From: an uncultured Candidatus Saccharibacteria bacterium
GTDB taxonomy: Bacteria; Patescibacteriota; Saccharimonadia; Saccharimonadales; Saccharimonadaceae
Reading direction: 5' to 3'
Length of the DNA: 64,000 nt
NCBI GenBank assembly: GCA_964483955.1
Contig: CAZADM010000001.1
Location: 20,719 to 84,718 of the forward strand
This document shows positions 1 to 11,934 of the stretch, in pieces. The notes beneath the pieces are model-generated. The model saw only the letters and a program-made list of their open reading frames with translations, had not been told where the DNA came from and made no database searches. The translations under genes and the position numbers were made by a program. Every line of letters begins with the position of its first letter. The stretch's first letter is position 1.

Positions 1-267
1 TATATGGCACGTAAAATCGCCGTCGACTATCTAAGGCAATTCAACGCCCAGGAGGTGTATGTGACGTTGGCGTATGCTATTGGGTACAGCCAGCCTATCC
101 AGGCTCAGGCGGTTGTTGACGGTGTTGTTCGAAGGGTTGAGGGGTACGACCTATCGCCTCGCGGCATTATTACAACACTCGACCTACTGCAGCCGATATA
201 CGAGCAGACTGCCCGATACGGTCATTTTATTGATGCGACAGCACCATGGAACGTGCCGCTTAAGTAG
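1..267 (+). CDS. metK: S-adenosylmethionine synthetase, C-terminal fragment (5' end lies outside the window)
   Basis: The ORF is open to the window edge. LDLLQPIYEQTARYGHFID..PW matches the conserved MetK C-terminal block (LDLL.PIY..TA.YGHFGR..FPWE). Confidence 0.85.
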   Translation, partial: YMARKIAVDYLRQFNAQEVYVTLAYAIGYSQPIQAQAVVDGVVRRVEGYDLSPRGIITTLDLLQPIYEQTARYGHFIDATAPWNVPLK

Positions 268-299
268 GCTCCGGCTATTTCACCTGCCCGTACCGCTCA

Positions 300-308
300 T
301 GGTATAAT
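300..308 (+). promoter_or_regulatory. Extended -10 promoter element TGGTATAAT upstream of the 342 CDS
   Basis: Exact TGnTATAAT lies 34 nt upstream of the ATG at 342, in the intergenic gap after metK. Confidence 0.5.
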
Positions 309-341
309 AAAATCTAATGAGTCAAAGAGGTGTAGGTATAT

Positions 342-953
342 ATGGATAATGATAAGTTTCGTTCGTCTGACAGAAGGGTTGTAAATGCTTCGGGTGCTGG
401 CCGCTCCAGTAACTCGACGTATCGGTCAGAAGAGCCTCGATATGTCGCTCCGTCTTCGCGGTCGCAAGATACACTACCTCCTGTGGATGGTGATCAACGA
501 CACACTAGCAAGAACCGTGATGCTCGCCGTCGCTCTTCTCGCACGGTATGGCCGTGGGGCGTCATCTCCTTACTTGCTGTAGCTATGGGTGCTGGTGTGT
601 GGCTGTACATGCATTTTTCCCAAGATGAAAAATCGGGTATTGATACCGGAAAATATCAGGCAATCTTCCTGACAAACGGCGAACACTATTTTGGCAAACT
701 AGAACGACAAAACTCAGAGTACTATAAACTGTCAGACGTATACTACCTGAAGCAGAAGGATACGGCTTCAGATGATGGCACAGCAAAGCAAACTGACCAG
801 ACAGAGTTTGAGCTACGCAAGCTTGAAAAGGAAATTCACGGATCGTCCAATACCATGTTCATTTCAGACAAGCAGGTGCTCTTCTACGAAAATCTGACAG
901 ACGATAGCAGGGTAGTCCAGACTATTGGTCAATACGTCCAGCAGCCGAAATAA
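342..953 (+). CDS. Hypothetical single-pass membrane protein (basic, disordered N-terminus and one TM)
   Basis: The ORF fills the gap. One hydrophobic segment (WPWGVISLLAVAMGAGVWLYMHF) follows an Arg/Ser-rich N-terminus. I recognise no family. Confidence 0.55.
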   Translation: MDNDKFRSSDRRVVNASGAGRSSNSTYRSEEPRYVAPSSRSQDTLPPVDGDQRHTSKNRDARRRSSRTVWPWGVISLLAVAMGAGVWLYMHFSQDEKSGIDTGKYQAIFLTNGEHYFGKLERQNSEYYKLSDVYYLKQKDTASDDGTAKQTDQTEFELRKLEKEIHGSSNTMFISDKQVLFYENLTDDSRVVQTIGQYVQQPK

Positions 954-954
954 G

Positions 955-1542
955 TCATCGGAGTGACTGAATATACGCCGTCCAGCTCGACGGCGATATA
1001 TATTGTTCGGACTTGATCATAATAAGAACCTTGCCTTTGATAAGAAGCACAGACTGAGGACCCTTTGCCGAGGTGCCTATATACGCAGCAGTGCCGGGCA
1101 CCTGGTTTGTTGCGTTAAATTTCTTTGCCATCTCGGCAAGGCTTTTCTCTGGCGACTCTTTGAAGTCTTTCGGCAGGACTTGCTGACTCACAAGGATATC
1201 GACAGTATCGATCGAATCTTGATAGGCAAACACAGCTTCCGCGTCGGGTGGGCTTACTCGCTTCCATCCACCCAGACTACCTACCGACTTGCCACTAGGC
1301 AAGATGGTAGTAAATGATGGCTTATCGCCCGCTGCGGTGAGTGGGTACTGCGAGACAACGGTGCTTACAAGTGCAATAACAAGAATTAGGGTAATTGCCG
1401 CTATGGCAATAATTTTTTTTCGTGAAAACTTGTCAGCTATTTTTGTATGCCATTTTGTTTTAACTAACGGCGAAGGAGGCGATGTCTGCTGTGAGCGGCG
1501 TTCAGGCTGCTTAGTTTGTACCTTTTCATCATCAAAATCCAT
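955..1542 (-). CDS. Hypothetical single-pass membrane protein
   Basis: A 195-aa ORF with a charged N-terminus, one TM (IIAIAAITLILVIALVSTVV) and an extracytoplasmic globular part. It is tightly packed between its neighbours. Confidence 0.5.
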   Translation of the reverse strand: MDFDDEKVQTKQPERRSQQTSPPSPLVKTKWHTKIADKFSRKKIIAIAAITLILVIALVSTVVSQYPLTAAGDKPSFTTILPSGKSVGSLGGWKRVSPPDAEAVFAYQDSIDTVDILVSQQVLPKDFKESPEKSLAEMAKKFNATNQVPGTAAYIGTSAKGPQSVLLIKGKVLIMIKSEQYISPSSWTAYIQSLR

Positions 1543-1573
1543 TACTTTCTATTCTACCATAAGGAGAATAGGG

Positions 1574-3586
1574 TCACTTGTTGCTATAGGCAAACTTCAG
1601 TGTGCTCACGTAGGCGTGTGCATCGTCCTTACTTTCCATGGTGATCTTTATCACAATGCTTTCCCCGGCCTCAAAGCCACAGTCGGCAGGGTCGGCGGTG
1701 CCTGTCGCGTAGCCCGATTGCCAGCCCGTCTGTGCGCCGGTTGATGCGACGACTGCCGTTCCGCAGGCTGTAAGTCCAGAGGCACCCTTTTTATATATTT
1801 GGTAGTCAACTGTTGCATCGGCACTATCGGTACGAGCAAGAAGCTGGGCTGAGTCTGAGACAAATTCCTTGAAGTTTGCCGGGAGCTCATGGGTAATAAA
1901 GATGCTCTTTTCCTGAGTTGTTGCCTGATCTGAAGTCCAGTGGTAGAAGTTGTAGGTTTCATCTTGGCTACAGATTTCAAGTTGTGAGTTTGACCCGTCG
2001 TAGATACCAAGGTCACTTGAACAGATGCCGGAGGTGAGCTGACCGATACCACTTCCTTGTGTAACGCTGTTCGCGTATTCAGGACTAACGCTGACGAACG
2101 TATCAGGGCTCGATCCACAATCGCCCCAGCCTTCAGCTTCGTAGCACTGCACCTTACCAAGTGTAGTGTCGTAGTACATACTACCAACAAGTGATTGATC
2201 GAGTATTTCTGGTGCTTCGCTACTTTTGTCGAGTGTCATCAGGGTTGTTTGTGTGTCATCGGCACCGTTTCCAACCTGTACATTATCGCTGCCTCCTCTT
2301 TGTATAGGTGCTTCCTCGCCACTTGAAAGGCTTGAGGTTGTCCAGTCAGAGCCATTCCAGAATAGTGTTGCTGTCATGTTTGGTTTCATTGTGACGGTAT
2401 TTTGTGTTCCAGTTCCACCATTCATAGAGAGTGTGAATATTTCTGATGTACCAGCCGCAGTGGCGTAGATAACGCGGCCTGCGGTTGTTCGGGTAGGGTC
2501 GTTGAGCGTGAAGGTAAGATCCGCGGTTTCTGCATTGAGTATGACCGCACCATTGTTGTCGATATTATCTTGGTTGACGGTACAGTTGCTATTGCAGCTT
2601 TGCTCTACTGCGGTTTTGTATGCTGGCGTGCTGATAATAACCAGACCATCGCTGCCAGTGCCGGTTGCACTGCCGCCACTAATGATGACATCGCCGCCGT
2701 TTCCGTTAACGCCGCCTGCATTTCCGCCCTGTAGCGAGAGGGTACCTCCATCTGCACCCGTGCCACCGCCGCCGATGCCAGCTGCAATACTAAGGCTTGA
2801 ACCCTCGGTATCGTCCGCTGCTTCACGAACGCTGATGGTTTGGTCGGTGCTACTGCCAAACTCTATTGCACCAGTCTTCTTGATAGTGAAGACATCAACT
2901 GTAGAGTCTTGGAGTTTAATAATATCTCCAGAGCCGGTTTTATTGATGAAGATACTAGTAGTATCTATGCCGGCATCCGTCTGAACCCCTTGTCCAAGCT
3001 GGACGAGATCGTCTGCGGTTTTTCCGTTTACCGCTCCAGAGTTGATGGCGTACGGTGTTGCGGTAATTCGCTTCATTGGCAGCATTTCACCGTCCGCTAC
3101 ACATCCAGTACCTCCGAAATCAGAACAAGCCACGGTATTACCCGCGACGTTTACAGAAAGCCAGATTGTATCGGCATCCCAGTTTACCGAGGTGCCAAAC
3201 GGTGTGACGGCCCCAAGGTCAACTGCCAGGAATCCGTTTTTCACCTGAACGCCACCATCTGCCTGCCCGTCATTTATGTGGGTTTCGGTCCATTTCAGGG
3301 TCCCTCCGGGGTTACCGGCTTCTGTTCCTGTGCCACCTTCGTAAAGTTTGAATTGAACATTGTAGTAACCATCAGGAACAGGGACCCCTGCTGCGTTCAG
3401 GAGTCGACCTTGAAATCCAATAGTTTTCGTCACGTTGGGTGCTGCAAGGGCAGGAATAGCTCCAAGTGATGTTGTAATAATAGCAACAAATAGGAGGAGT
3501 AGCCCTACAAATGGCAGGAAAGTCCTGTGACGATACATAAAAATGGATCGTCTAAAAATAGTGGTTAAGTGATACCACACTGTCAT
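1574..3586 (-). CDS. Large secreted surface protein with a tail-fibre-like N-terminal module and Gly-rich repeats
   Basis: A signal/TM segment (FLPFVGLLLLFVAIITTSLGAIPALA) is followed by IGFQGRLLNAAGVPVPDGYYNVQFKLYEG...WTE...VQVKNGFLAVDLG, then TPYAINSG and a GGGGTGADGGTLSLQGGNAGGVNGNGGDVIISGG stretch. The start could instead be the Met at 3538. Confidence 0.7.
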   Translation of the reverse strand: MTVWYHLTTIFRRSIFMYRHRTFLPFVGLLLLFVAIITTSLGAIPALAAPNVTKTIGFQGRLLNAAGVPVPDGYYNVQFKLYEGGTGTEAGNPGGTLKWTETHINDGQADGGVQVKNGFLAVDLGAVTPFGTSVNWDADTIWLSVNVAGNTVACSDFGGTGCVADGEMLPMKRITATPYAINSGAVNGKTADDLVQLGQGVQTDAGIDTTSIFINKTGSGDIIKLQDSTVDVFTIKKTGAIEFGSSTDQTISVREAADDTEGSSLSIAAGIGGGGTGADGGTLSLQGGNAGGVNGNGGDVIISGGSATGTGSDGLVIISTPAYKTAVEQSCNSNCTVNQDNIDNNGAVILNAETADLTFTLNDPTRTTAGRVIYATAAGTSEIFTLSMNGGTGTQNTVTMKPNMTATLFWNGSDWTTSSLSSGEEAPIQRGGSDNVQVGNGADDTQTTLMTLDKSSEAPEILDQSLVGSMYYDTTLGKVQCYEAEGWGDCGSSPDTFVSVSPEYANSVTQGSGIGQLTSGICSSDLGIYDGSNSQLEICSQDETYNFYHWTSDQATTQEKSIFITHELPANFKEFVSDSAQLLARTDSADATVDYQIYKKGASGLTACGTAVVASTGAQTGWQSGYATGTADPADCGFEAGESIVIKITMESKDDAHAYVSTLKFAYSNK

Positions 3587-3738
3587 TTTTTGTGTTTTTC
3601 TTTATTTTACACCTGTTATTTTGTATAAAATATTTGTTTCACTTATGACGTGTGGTGGTCCATCTAAAGCTTATGCCTATTGTACCGAATTGGGACGTTT
3701 TTGGCAATAAAGCACTCCATCTCGCTTATGTCTTACTG

Positions 3739-3747
3739 TGCTATAAT
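3739..3747 (+). promoter_or_regulatory. Extended -10 promoter TGCTATAAT upstream of the 3784 CDS
   Basis: TGnTATAAT is followed by AGGAG (3766-3770) and the GTG start at 3784. Confidence 0.5.
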
Positions 3748-3783
3748 GAGCAATAAGAATACGGTAGGAGAAACGAAAATATC

Positions 3784-4623
3784 GTGAAAATACACACAGT
3801 GATATCAGGTGTACTTGTCGGCATTGGTCTTTTCTTTGTTTTCAGCAGCTCTGTGCATGCAAACGGTGGCGGCGGTAACGTCCAGGGGTACGCCGCCGAT
3901 ACAGACATTGATAATGGCACAATAGTGCAGCTTGTCGAAAAAGATGCGGGCAAAGTAAAAATTGTCTCTCAGAAGAACCTTCAGAATATGTTTGGGGTAA
4001 CTGTTGATCGTAGTGTGTTGCCTATTACTATTTCTTCGGGTGACGAGCAGAACCAAGTGTATGTGGCCGCATCTGGTACATACAACGTTCTTGTGAGTAA
4101 TCAAGCCGGCGATATTAAGTCTGGTGATTATGTAACCCTCTCTGCAATAGATGGTGTTGCAATGAAGGCTGGCACCGAAGAGAAGACGGTATTTGGTCGG
4201 GCAAATGCAGGCTTTAATGACCAAAGCGTTGTACTGGGATCTGTTCCGCTCAAGGACGTAAATGGGCAGGCAAACAAGACGGTCAAGCTGGGTTCTATCC
4301 CGGTGACAATTAATATACAACGCAATCCAAATGAAAAAAGTACAAAAGTGAAGGTGCCCGAACCCTTAGAGCGACTTGGTCAGGCAATTGCCGAAAAAGA
4401 AGTGAGCCCGCTACGTATCTACCTCAGCCTCGGGATTACAGCTATAAGTATTATTGCGGCAATCGTCATACTCTACTCGGGTGTTCGCAACAGCGTCATC
4501 TCTATAGGACGTAATCCAATGTCGAAGAAGTCAATCCTTCGTGCGTTGCTGGAGATTATTTTGACAAGCCTTCTGATTTTAATTATTGGGCTATTTGCGG
4601 TATATTTACTATTGAGGTTATGA
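3784..4623 (+). CDS. Secreted beta-rich protein with a C-terminal two-helix membrane hairpin; first gene of the F1-like ATPase cluster
   Basis: GTG start with an SD, and a signal peptide (..FFVFSSSVHA/NG). The C-terminal hairpin is LSLGITAISIIAAIVILYSGVRNSVISIGRNPMSKKSILRALLEIILTSLLILIIGLFAVYLLL. Confidence 0.7.
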   Translation: MKIHTVISGVLVGIGLFFVFSSSVHANGGGGNVQGYAADTDIDNGTIVQLVEKDAGKVKIVSQKNLQNMFGVTVDRSVLPITISSGDEQNQVYVAASGTYNVLVSNQAGDIKSGDYVTLSAIDGVAMKAGTEEKTVFGRANAGFNDQSVVLGSVPLKDVNGQANKTVKLGSIPVTINIQRNPNEKSTKVKVPEPLERLGQAIAEKEVSPLRIYLSLGITAISIIAAIVILYSGVRNSVISIGRNPMSKKSILRALLEIILTSLLILIIGLFAVYLLLRL

Positions 4624-4654
4624 TTATTTAATCAGAAAAAACGGGTAGGATTGT

Positions 4655-5401
4655 ATGGGATTATTCCGACGAAAAACAAACAAACAGGCAGTGGGTTCAT
4701 CTCCAGAAGAGGTGCAGTACTTTTTTGACGAATATTTTAGCGAAGAGCTGCGCAATAGAGGGCGTTGGTATTTTGAAAATGTCATCAAAGAGAATGCCGA
4801 GCGCTTTAAGGGTGATCTTGATGCGACAATAGATGATATTAATAAGCAACTGAAAGAACAGGTGACGAGTCGTCTAGACCAAGCAATTTCCCAGATTGAC
4901 CATGAGCTCAAAGAGCACGTTACTCAACAACTTGAGAACAAGTTTACAGAGTATACAGAGGCTATGAAATCTGCTCAAGATACGACACTTGAATCACTTC
5001 AAGAGAGTGCTCGATCACTCCAGGGTCAGTATGAGGATTTGCGTTCAACGCTCCGGAAAAACGTTGAAGACCAGAAAGTGACGCTCACTAATGTCTTCGA
5101 GGAGAATAAGGTGCGGATTGCAGCTATGCATGAAGCGCAGAACATGGCACTTGAGTCACTCAGCCATAGTGTTGAGGCACTGCAGAAGCAACATGAAACC
5201 CTAAAGACTACACTCGAGACGCACGTTGCCGCCCAACAGGAAGTGTTTGTTGATGCATTTAAGAATAATATGGCACAGGTTATTGAGCACTACGTCCTTG
5301 AGGCGTTAAGTGGACAGTACGATCTGAAGGACCAACTACCGTCAATTATGCAGCAACTTGAAGATAAAAAGCAGGCAATTGCGGAAGATATGAAACTATG
5401 A
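4655..5401 (+). CDS. Soluble all-helical coiled-coil protein (possible peripheral-stalk analogue; no TM helix)
   Basis: A 248-aa protein with heptad-like, Glu/Lys/Gln-rich sequence throughout. Its stop overlaps the next start (ATGA), so it is translationally coupled to the delta-like gene. Confidence 0.65.
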   Translation: MGLFRRKTNKQAVGSSPEEVQYFFDEYFSEELRNRGRWYFENVIKENAERFKGDLDATIDDINKQLKEQVTSRLDQAISQIDHELKEHVTQQLENKFTEYTEAMKSAQDTTLESLQESARSLQGQYEDLRSTLRKNVEDQKVTLTNVFEENKVRIAAMHEAQNMALESLSHSVEALQKQHETLKTTLETHVAAQQEVFVDAFKNNMAQVIEHYVLEALSGQYDLKDQLPSIMQQLEDKKQAIAEDMKL

Positions 5402-5910
5402 GCACGGCGTCTGTTTCGGTGTATCAAAGTTATGTTCTGCCATCAACAGTGGCAACCGGCCGTGACGTTGCCCGGTTACTTGCTGAATTTGAACGAATTG
5501 ACAACGAGATGACCGCTGCAGCTGTCGTGTCACATGATGAAGCCCGCCCTGAGGTAGAAGTGGCGGATATCGTCCGTGATTTTCTTGATAGAAATGAGTT
5601 TTCGCTCGACAATACAAATGATCGCAGTGAAATGATCACGCAACTCCGACTATTGAAACGCAAAGCCCCTGTTGTTCACATGGCATTTGCCGTAGAAGCA
5701 GATTCAGCCAGTCTTGGGCGTCTTGTCGATTGGTTTCGTGAGTCAATTCACCCGCAGACGCTTCTTGTTGTGGGTTATCAGCCATCGCTTGTGGCCGGAA
5801 CGTATCTTCGAACGCCAAATCACATCTACGACATGAGCTTACGGTCTGCATTTAAAAAAGGTCGTGAAAAACTACTTCATGAACTGGAGGTGCTTAGTGG
5901 CGACAAGTAA
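5398..5910 (+). CDS. atpH: F1 ATPase delta (OSCP)-like subunit, diverged
   Basis: It sits immediately upstream of alpha. The C-terminal pattern AFAVEADSASLGRLVDWFRESIHPQTLLVVGYQPSLVAGTYLRTPNHIYDMSLRSAFKK resembles the delta consensus (..v.l...vDpsLiGG..v.vgd.viD.S.r..L). Confidence 0.6.
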   Translation: MSTASVSVYQSYVLPSTVATGRDVARLLAEFERIDNEMTAAAVVSHDEARPEVEVADIVRDFLDRNEFSLDNTNDRSEMITQLRLLKRKAPVVHMAFAVEADSASLGRLVDWFRESIHPQTLLVVGYQPSLVAGTYLRTPNHIYDMSLRSAFKKGREKLLHELEVLSGDK

Positions 5911-7339
5911 GATATTTGAAGAGCTTGTAGAGTCGGGTGCACCGGTGGGTGAGGTTATTGCCCTCGATGCATTTATGGTGAAGGTTAAGGGGCTACAGCC
6001 AACAAACGTTCATGCACTCGTTCGTTTTGAAAATGATGTTCGCGGCTATGTTCACCATGTTTACGAAGATTACGTCATGGTTATGAAGATGGACCCAACA
6101 CCGCTAAAAATTGGTCTGGTATGTACTATTGAGGCCGACGACATGACAACGAAGGTCGGTAAGAATTACGTCGGTCGTGTCGTTAACGTATTTGGTGAGC
6201 CTATCGATGGCAAAGGGCCTATCGAACATGACGATAAATGGGATGTGTTTCACTCTGCACCAATGCTCTATGAACGCGAGCTCCTTGATTCTCAGCTAGA
6301 GACGGGCATTACTGTTCTTGACATCAATTTCTCGCTTGTGCGTGGTCAGCGTATGGCCGTTCTTGGTGATGGCAAGGTGGGGAAGACGGCCCTTACGACG
6401 CAGATTGCTATTAATCAGAAGAATACCGACATTACCGTCATCTATGTCCTCATTGCAAAGCGTCAGCGTGATGTTGCACAGCTGGTTGATCGTCTTGAGA
6501 AAAATGGGGCAATGGACAAAGCAATTATTATTGTGACAAATATGTTTGAGTCACTCGTCCTTACCTACTTGGCACCCTATATCGGTGCGGCACATGGAGA
6601 GTATTTTTGGCAAAAACTTGGTATGGATACGCTGGTGATTTATGATGACCTAACAAGCCACGCACAAGCATATCGCGAAATCGCCCTTATTGCCGGCGTC
6701 TCGCCTGGTCGCGACTCGTATCCTGGTGACATGTTCTATACGCACTCATCTCTTGTCGAACGGGCTGGTCGCATCGCCTCAAATAAGGCGAGTCAGACGA
6801 TATTGCCGATTATCTACGCCCCTGGTGGTGATATTACTGCGTACCTGCCGACAAACGTCATGTCAATGACTGATGGCCAGTGGATTCTTGACATGAAGGT
6901 ATTTAAGGACACAATGCGTCCCGCTGTGAGTACCGGTCTTTCTGTGACCCGCGTGGGTGGTGTTGGTCAGAATAGTCGTCAGAAGGCACTAGCTGCAGCA
7001 CTGAATAAGACACTCGCTGGGTATCGACAGGCGGAAGAGTATGCACACTTTGGAACCGAGCTTTCACCGGAGGCACAGGCTGACTATGATAAGGGCGGTA
7101 TGCTTTTCAAGGCGATGAATCAAGAGATTGGAGAGAACTACAATCTCATGGAGCAGCAGTATATCCTTGACATCATCCTTAATTCTCAGCCCGATGAAAT
7201 TCTTGATATTCAAAAGTTAAAAGAGAAGGTGCACGACTATGCCGCAAAAACGGTAGAGAAGGGCGATCAGAGTAATTTTGAGGCACTTCGCGATTCCCTT
7301 AAGGCTGAAATTGCCACAAAGAAGGAAGTAAAGAAGTAA
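5897..7339 (+). CDS. atpA: F1 ATPase alpha-like subunit (diverged; Walker A is GDGKVGKT)
   Basis: GDGKVGKTALTTQIAINQ, YDDLTSHAQAYREIAL...PGRDSYPGDMFYTHSSLVERAG. The likely start is the GTG at 5897, 7 nt after TGGAGG. The ORF track begins at 5864. Confidence 0.85.
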   Translation: MATSKIFEELVESGAPVGEVIALDAFMVKVKGLQPTNVHALVRFENDVRGYVHHVYEDYVMVMKMDPTPLKIGLVCTIEADDMTTKVGKNYVGRVVNVFGEPIDGKGPIEHDDKWDVFHSAPMLYERELLDSQLETGITVLDINFSLVRGQRMAVLGDGKVGKTALTTQIAINQKNTDITVIYVLIAKRQRDVAQLVDRLEKNGAMDKAIIIVTNMFESLVLTYLAPYIGAAHGEYFWQKLGMDTLVIYDDLTSHAQAYREIALIAGVSPGRDSYPGDMFYTHSSLVERAGRIASNKASQTILPIIYAPGGDITAYLPTNVMSMTDGQWILDMKVFKDTMRPAVSTGLSVTRVGGVGQNSRQKALAAALNKTLAGYRQAEEYAHFGTELSPEAQADYDKGGMLFKAMNQEIGENYNLMEQQYILDIILNSQPDEILDIQKLKEKVHDYAAKTVEKGDQSNFEALRDSLKAEIATKKEVKK

Positions 7340-7340
7340 T

Positions 7341-9833
<2,493 letters not shown>

Positions 9834-9837
<4 letters not shown>

Positions 9838-10946
9838 TTTGTAATGAAATAGTCAAATGAAAATGTCTGGTTTGCTGGTGCTGCATTGGCGGTGCATATA
9901 CTGAAGTTTGCTGCACTTCGGTTGACGTAGTACTGCACCTGTCCGGCTGCTTGGCCAACCGGGCTTACAATAACGCGTGGCTGTCGGTCAAATTGCCTAT
10001 TGAAGTTAATCTGTGTAAAGCAGCCAGGTGCCGGGCTATTGCCAGTCTGGATATTGATAGTTCCAGCAGTATCTGAGCCACTGAGTGAAAGTGTGCCGCC
10101 AGACCCTAGGGTTGTGTAGTTAAGTGTGCCACGCCCTGGTGTCGGGCCTGTAAAGCCAATATGGTTCGGAACCTCTAGTGTTGCATTGCCGCTTAAGATG
10201 AGCCGTGTGACAGTAAGCTGGTTTGCTGTGATTGGTCCGCTGAGGGTTGTTGCACCTGATACCGATAGGTCTCGCATTGTGGTTGCACCCTGTACTGCAA
10301 GTGTGTTCTGGACCTGGAGTGTGTTTGACTGGGTGTCGCTTAGGTTTGCTGTTCCGGATATGGTAATGCTTGGAGCTTGAATATTTCCACCAGTTTGAAG
10401 AGTACCTGCAATATTAGTACTACCGCGCATGAGCGTCTGTCCTGCGATAATAGCATTTCCTTGTATGGTGAGTGTTTGGGACGTATTGCCAACGGAAACG
10501 TCGGTATTTGCAAGCTGCTCTAATGTTTTGTCTGCGAGTTCTTGTGTCGCAATGTCTACGACGGGATTTGCCCTTTGGTTGTTTAGATAGTTTACGACAG
10601 TAATAGCACCCGCAACGACAAGGAGGAGGAAGAAGATCAGAAAGTACACATTCACCTTCTTTAGGAAGCGCTTTAAGGCTGACGGCTTTTTCTCTACGGA
10701 TGTTGCGGCTGGCATTTCGCTGGATGCCATTTGTTCTGTGCGTTCTTGCTCAAGATCCTCTGGGGTTCGACTGAGTGCATCTGCTGGTGCTGGCTCGCCG
10801 GCTTCCTCCTGCCCTGCTGGTGCGGTGTCGTTCTCTTGCTTGGTGCTTTCTTCAGTTGACGGGGCAGCATCAATAGGAGTGTCGGGCACCCGGCTTGTGT
10901 CCTGATCTTCTGCTGGAGTATCTTGCGGTTTATTTTCTTCGTTCAT
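9834..10946 (-). CDS. Type II membrane protein: acidic/Pro-rich cytoplasmic tail, one TM, extracellular beta-helix-like repeats and a possible H-type-lectin-like C-terminus
   Basis: TM is VYFLIFFLLLVVAGAITVV. Repeats run TLTIQGNAIIAGQTLMRGSTNIAGTLQTGGNIQAPSITISGTANL...LAVQGATTMRDLSVSGATTLSGPITANQLTV. The C-terminus is INFNRQFDRQPRVIVSPVG...FSFDYFI. The stop codon overlaps the atpC stop. Confidence 0.7.
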
Positions 10947-11051
10947 AGTACTTGTAGGTGTTATGCTTATGCCTTCTAGTGTACTATACCTCTGCGGATG
11001 ATACTAGCTATACCTCGGGTTTGTATTTTTTACAGTGCTGCGTGATAATAG

Positions 11052-11804
11052 ATGAAGACGCTTATGCGAAATAAATATACATATAAAGGTGTGAGACTTG
11101 TACAACTGTGCTTTGTCGCGGTATTTATTGCTAGTGCACTTGCATTGCCTGTCCAAGCTGTAACGTCGTCATCGGAGAATTATCAACTTACTGAGTCGCA
11201 ATTTAATGGCGGGACTGTCGCCGAGGGTTGTTCCGAGAGCTACTGTAGCCAGGCTTCTATAGGTGATATGAGTGGCTCGGTAGGCAAGAGCTCTGCGGCT
11301 TTTGACCAAAAACCAGAAGACGAACCAATCCTTGAAGTGATTGTCGATCCCGGCGAGTCTAATCTTGGTGCACTGACAACTGAACATACGGCAACAAAAA
11401 CGATGATTGTCCGGATACGGAATAATCTCAGTGAGGGATATGTACTTCAGCTTATCGGTGCGGCACCGAAGTTTGGTGAGCATTCACTCAGAACCTACGC
11501 CGTTCCTACGGCTTCAACGCCCGGTATAGAGCAGTTTGGGATAAACGTTGTTGCAAACACAACGCCACTTATTGGGGCAAGTCCCGCACAGATCCCTGGG
11601 GGGCAGGGCGTATTTGGTGATGCCTATGACGGATACAATACACCCAATCTATTCAAGTACACAAGCGGTGATGTTATTGCCAGAAGTACTCGCTCTGAAG
11701 GGCGTACAGACTATACGGTGAGCATGATTGTCAATATTGCAAACACAACACCTGCGGGTAAGTATGTGGCCGACTTTGCAGCCGTTGTTATCCCCACGTA
11801 CTAG
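11052..11804 (+). CDS. Secreted protein A of the surface locus (small WxL-like subunit)
   Basis: Signal peptide (..ALALPVQA/VTSS), GIEQFGINVVANTTP, and the C-terminal end NTTPAGKYVADFAAVVIPTY. Confidence 0.75.
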   Translation: MKTLMRNKYTYKGVRLVQLCFVAVFIASALALPVQAVTSSSENYQLTESQFNGGTVAEGCSESYCSQASIGDMSGSVGKSSAAFDQKPEDEPILEVIVDPGESNLGALTTEHTATKTMIVRIRNNLSEGYVLQLIGAAPKFGEHSLRTYAVPTASTPGIEQFGINVVANTTPLIGASPAQIPGGQGVFGDAYDGYNTPNLFKYTSGDVIARSTRSEGRTDYTVSMIVNIANTTPAGKYVADFAAVVIPTY

Positions 11805-11934
11805 CATTTCTGTGGATAACTAGAGACTGTGGAAAACTTATTGACGGATTTCATTGCCAAGCCATACTGATAATGCTAAAATATCGACGTAACCCTATTG
11901 TAGGGAGCAGTAAAATAAACATAGAAGGAGACAT

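Noticed and set aside
1003-1744. Plus-strand ORFs of 104 aa and 151 aa.
   Set aside because: They are antisense to the 955-1542 and 1574-3586 genes and span the intergenic gap without start signals.
4655-5401. Considered annotating the coiled-coil protein as ATP synthase subunit b (atpF).
   Set aside because: It has no N-terminal transmembrane helix and no b-subunit sequence pattern I can recognise. Only its position and its helical character support the idea, so it is left as hypothetical with a note.
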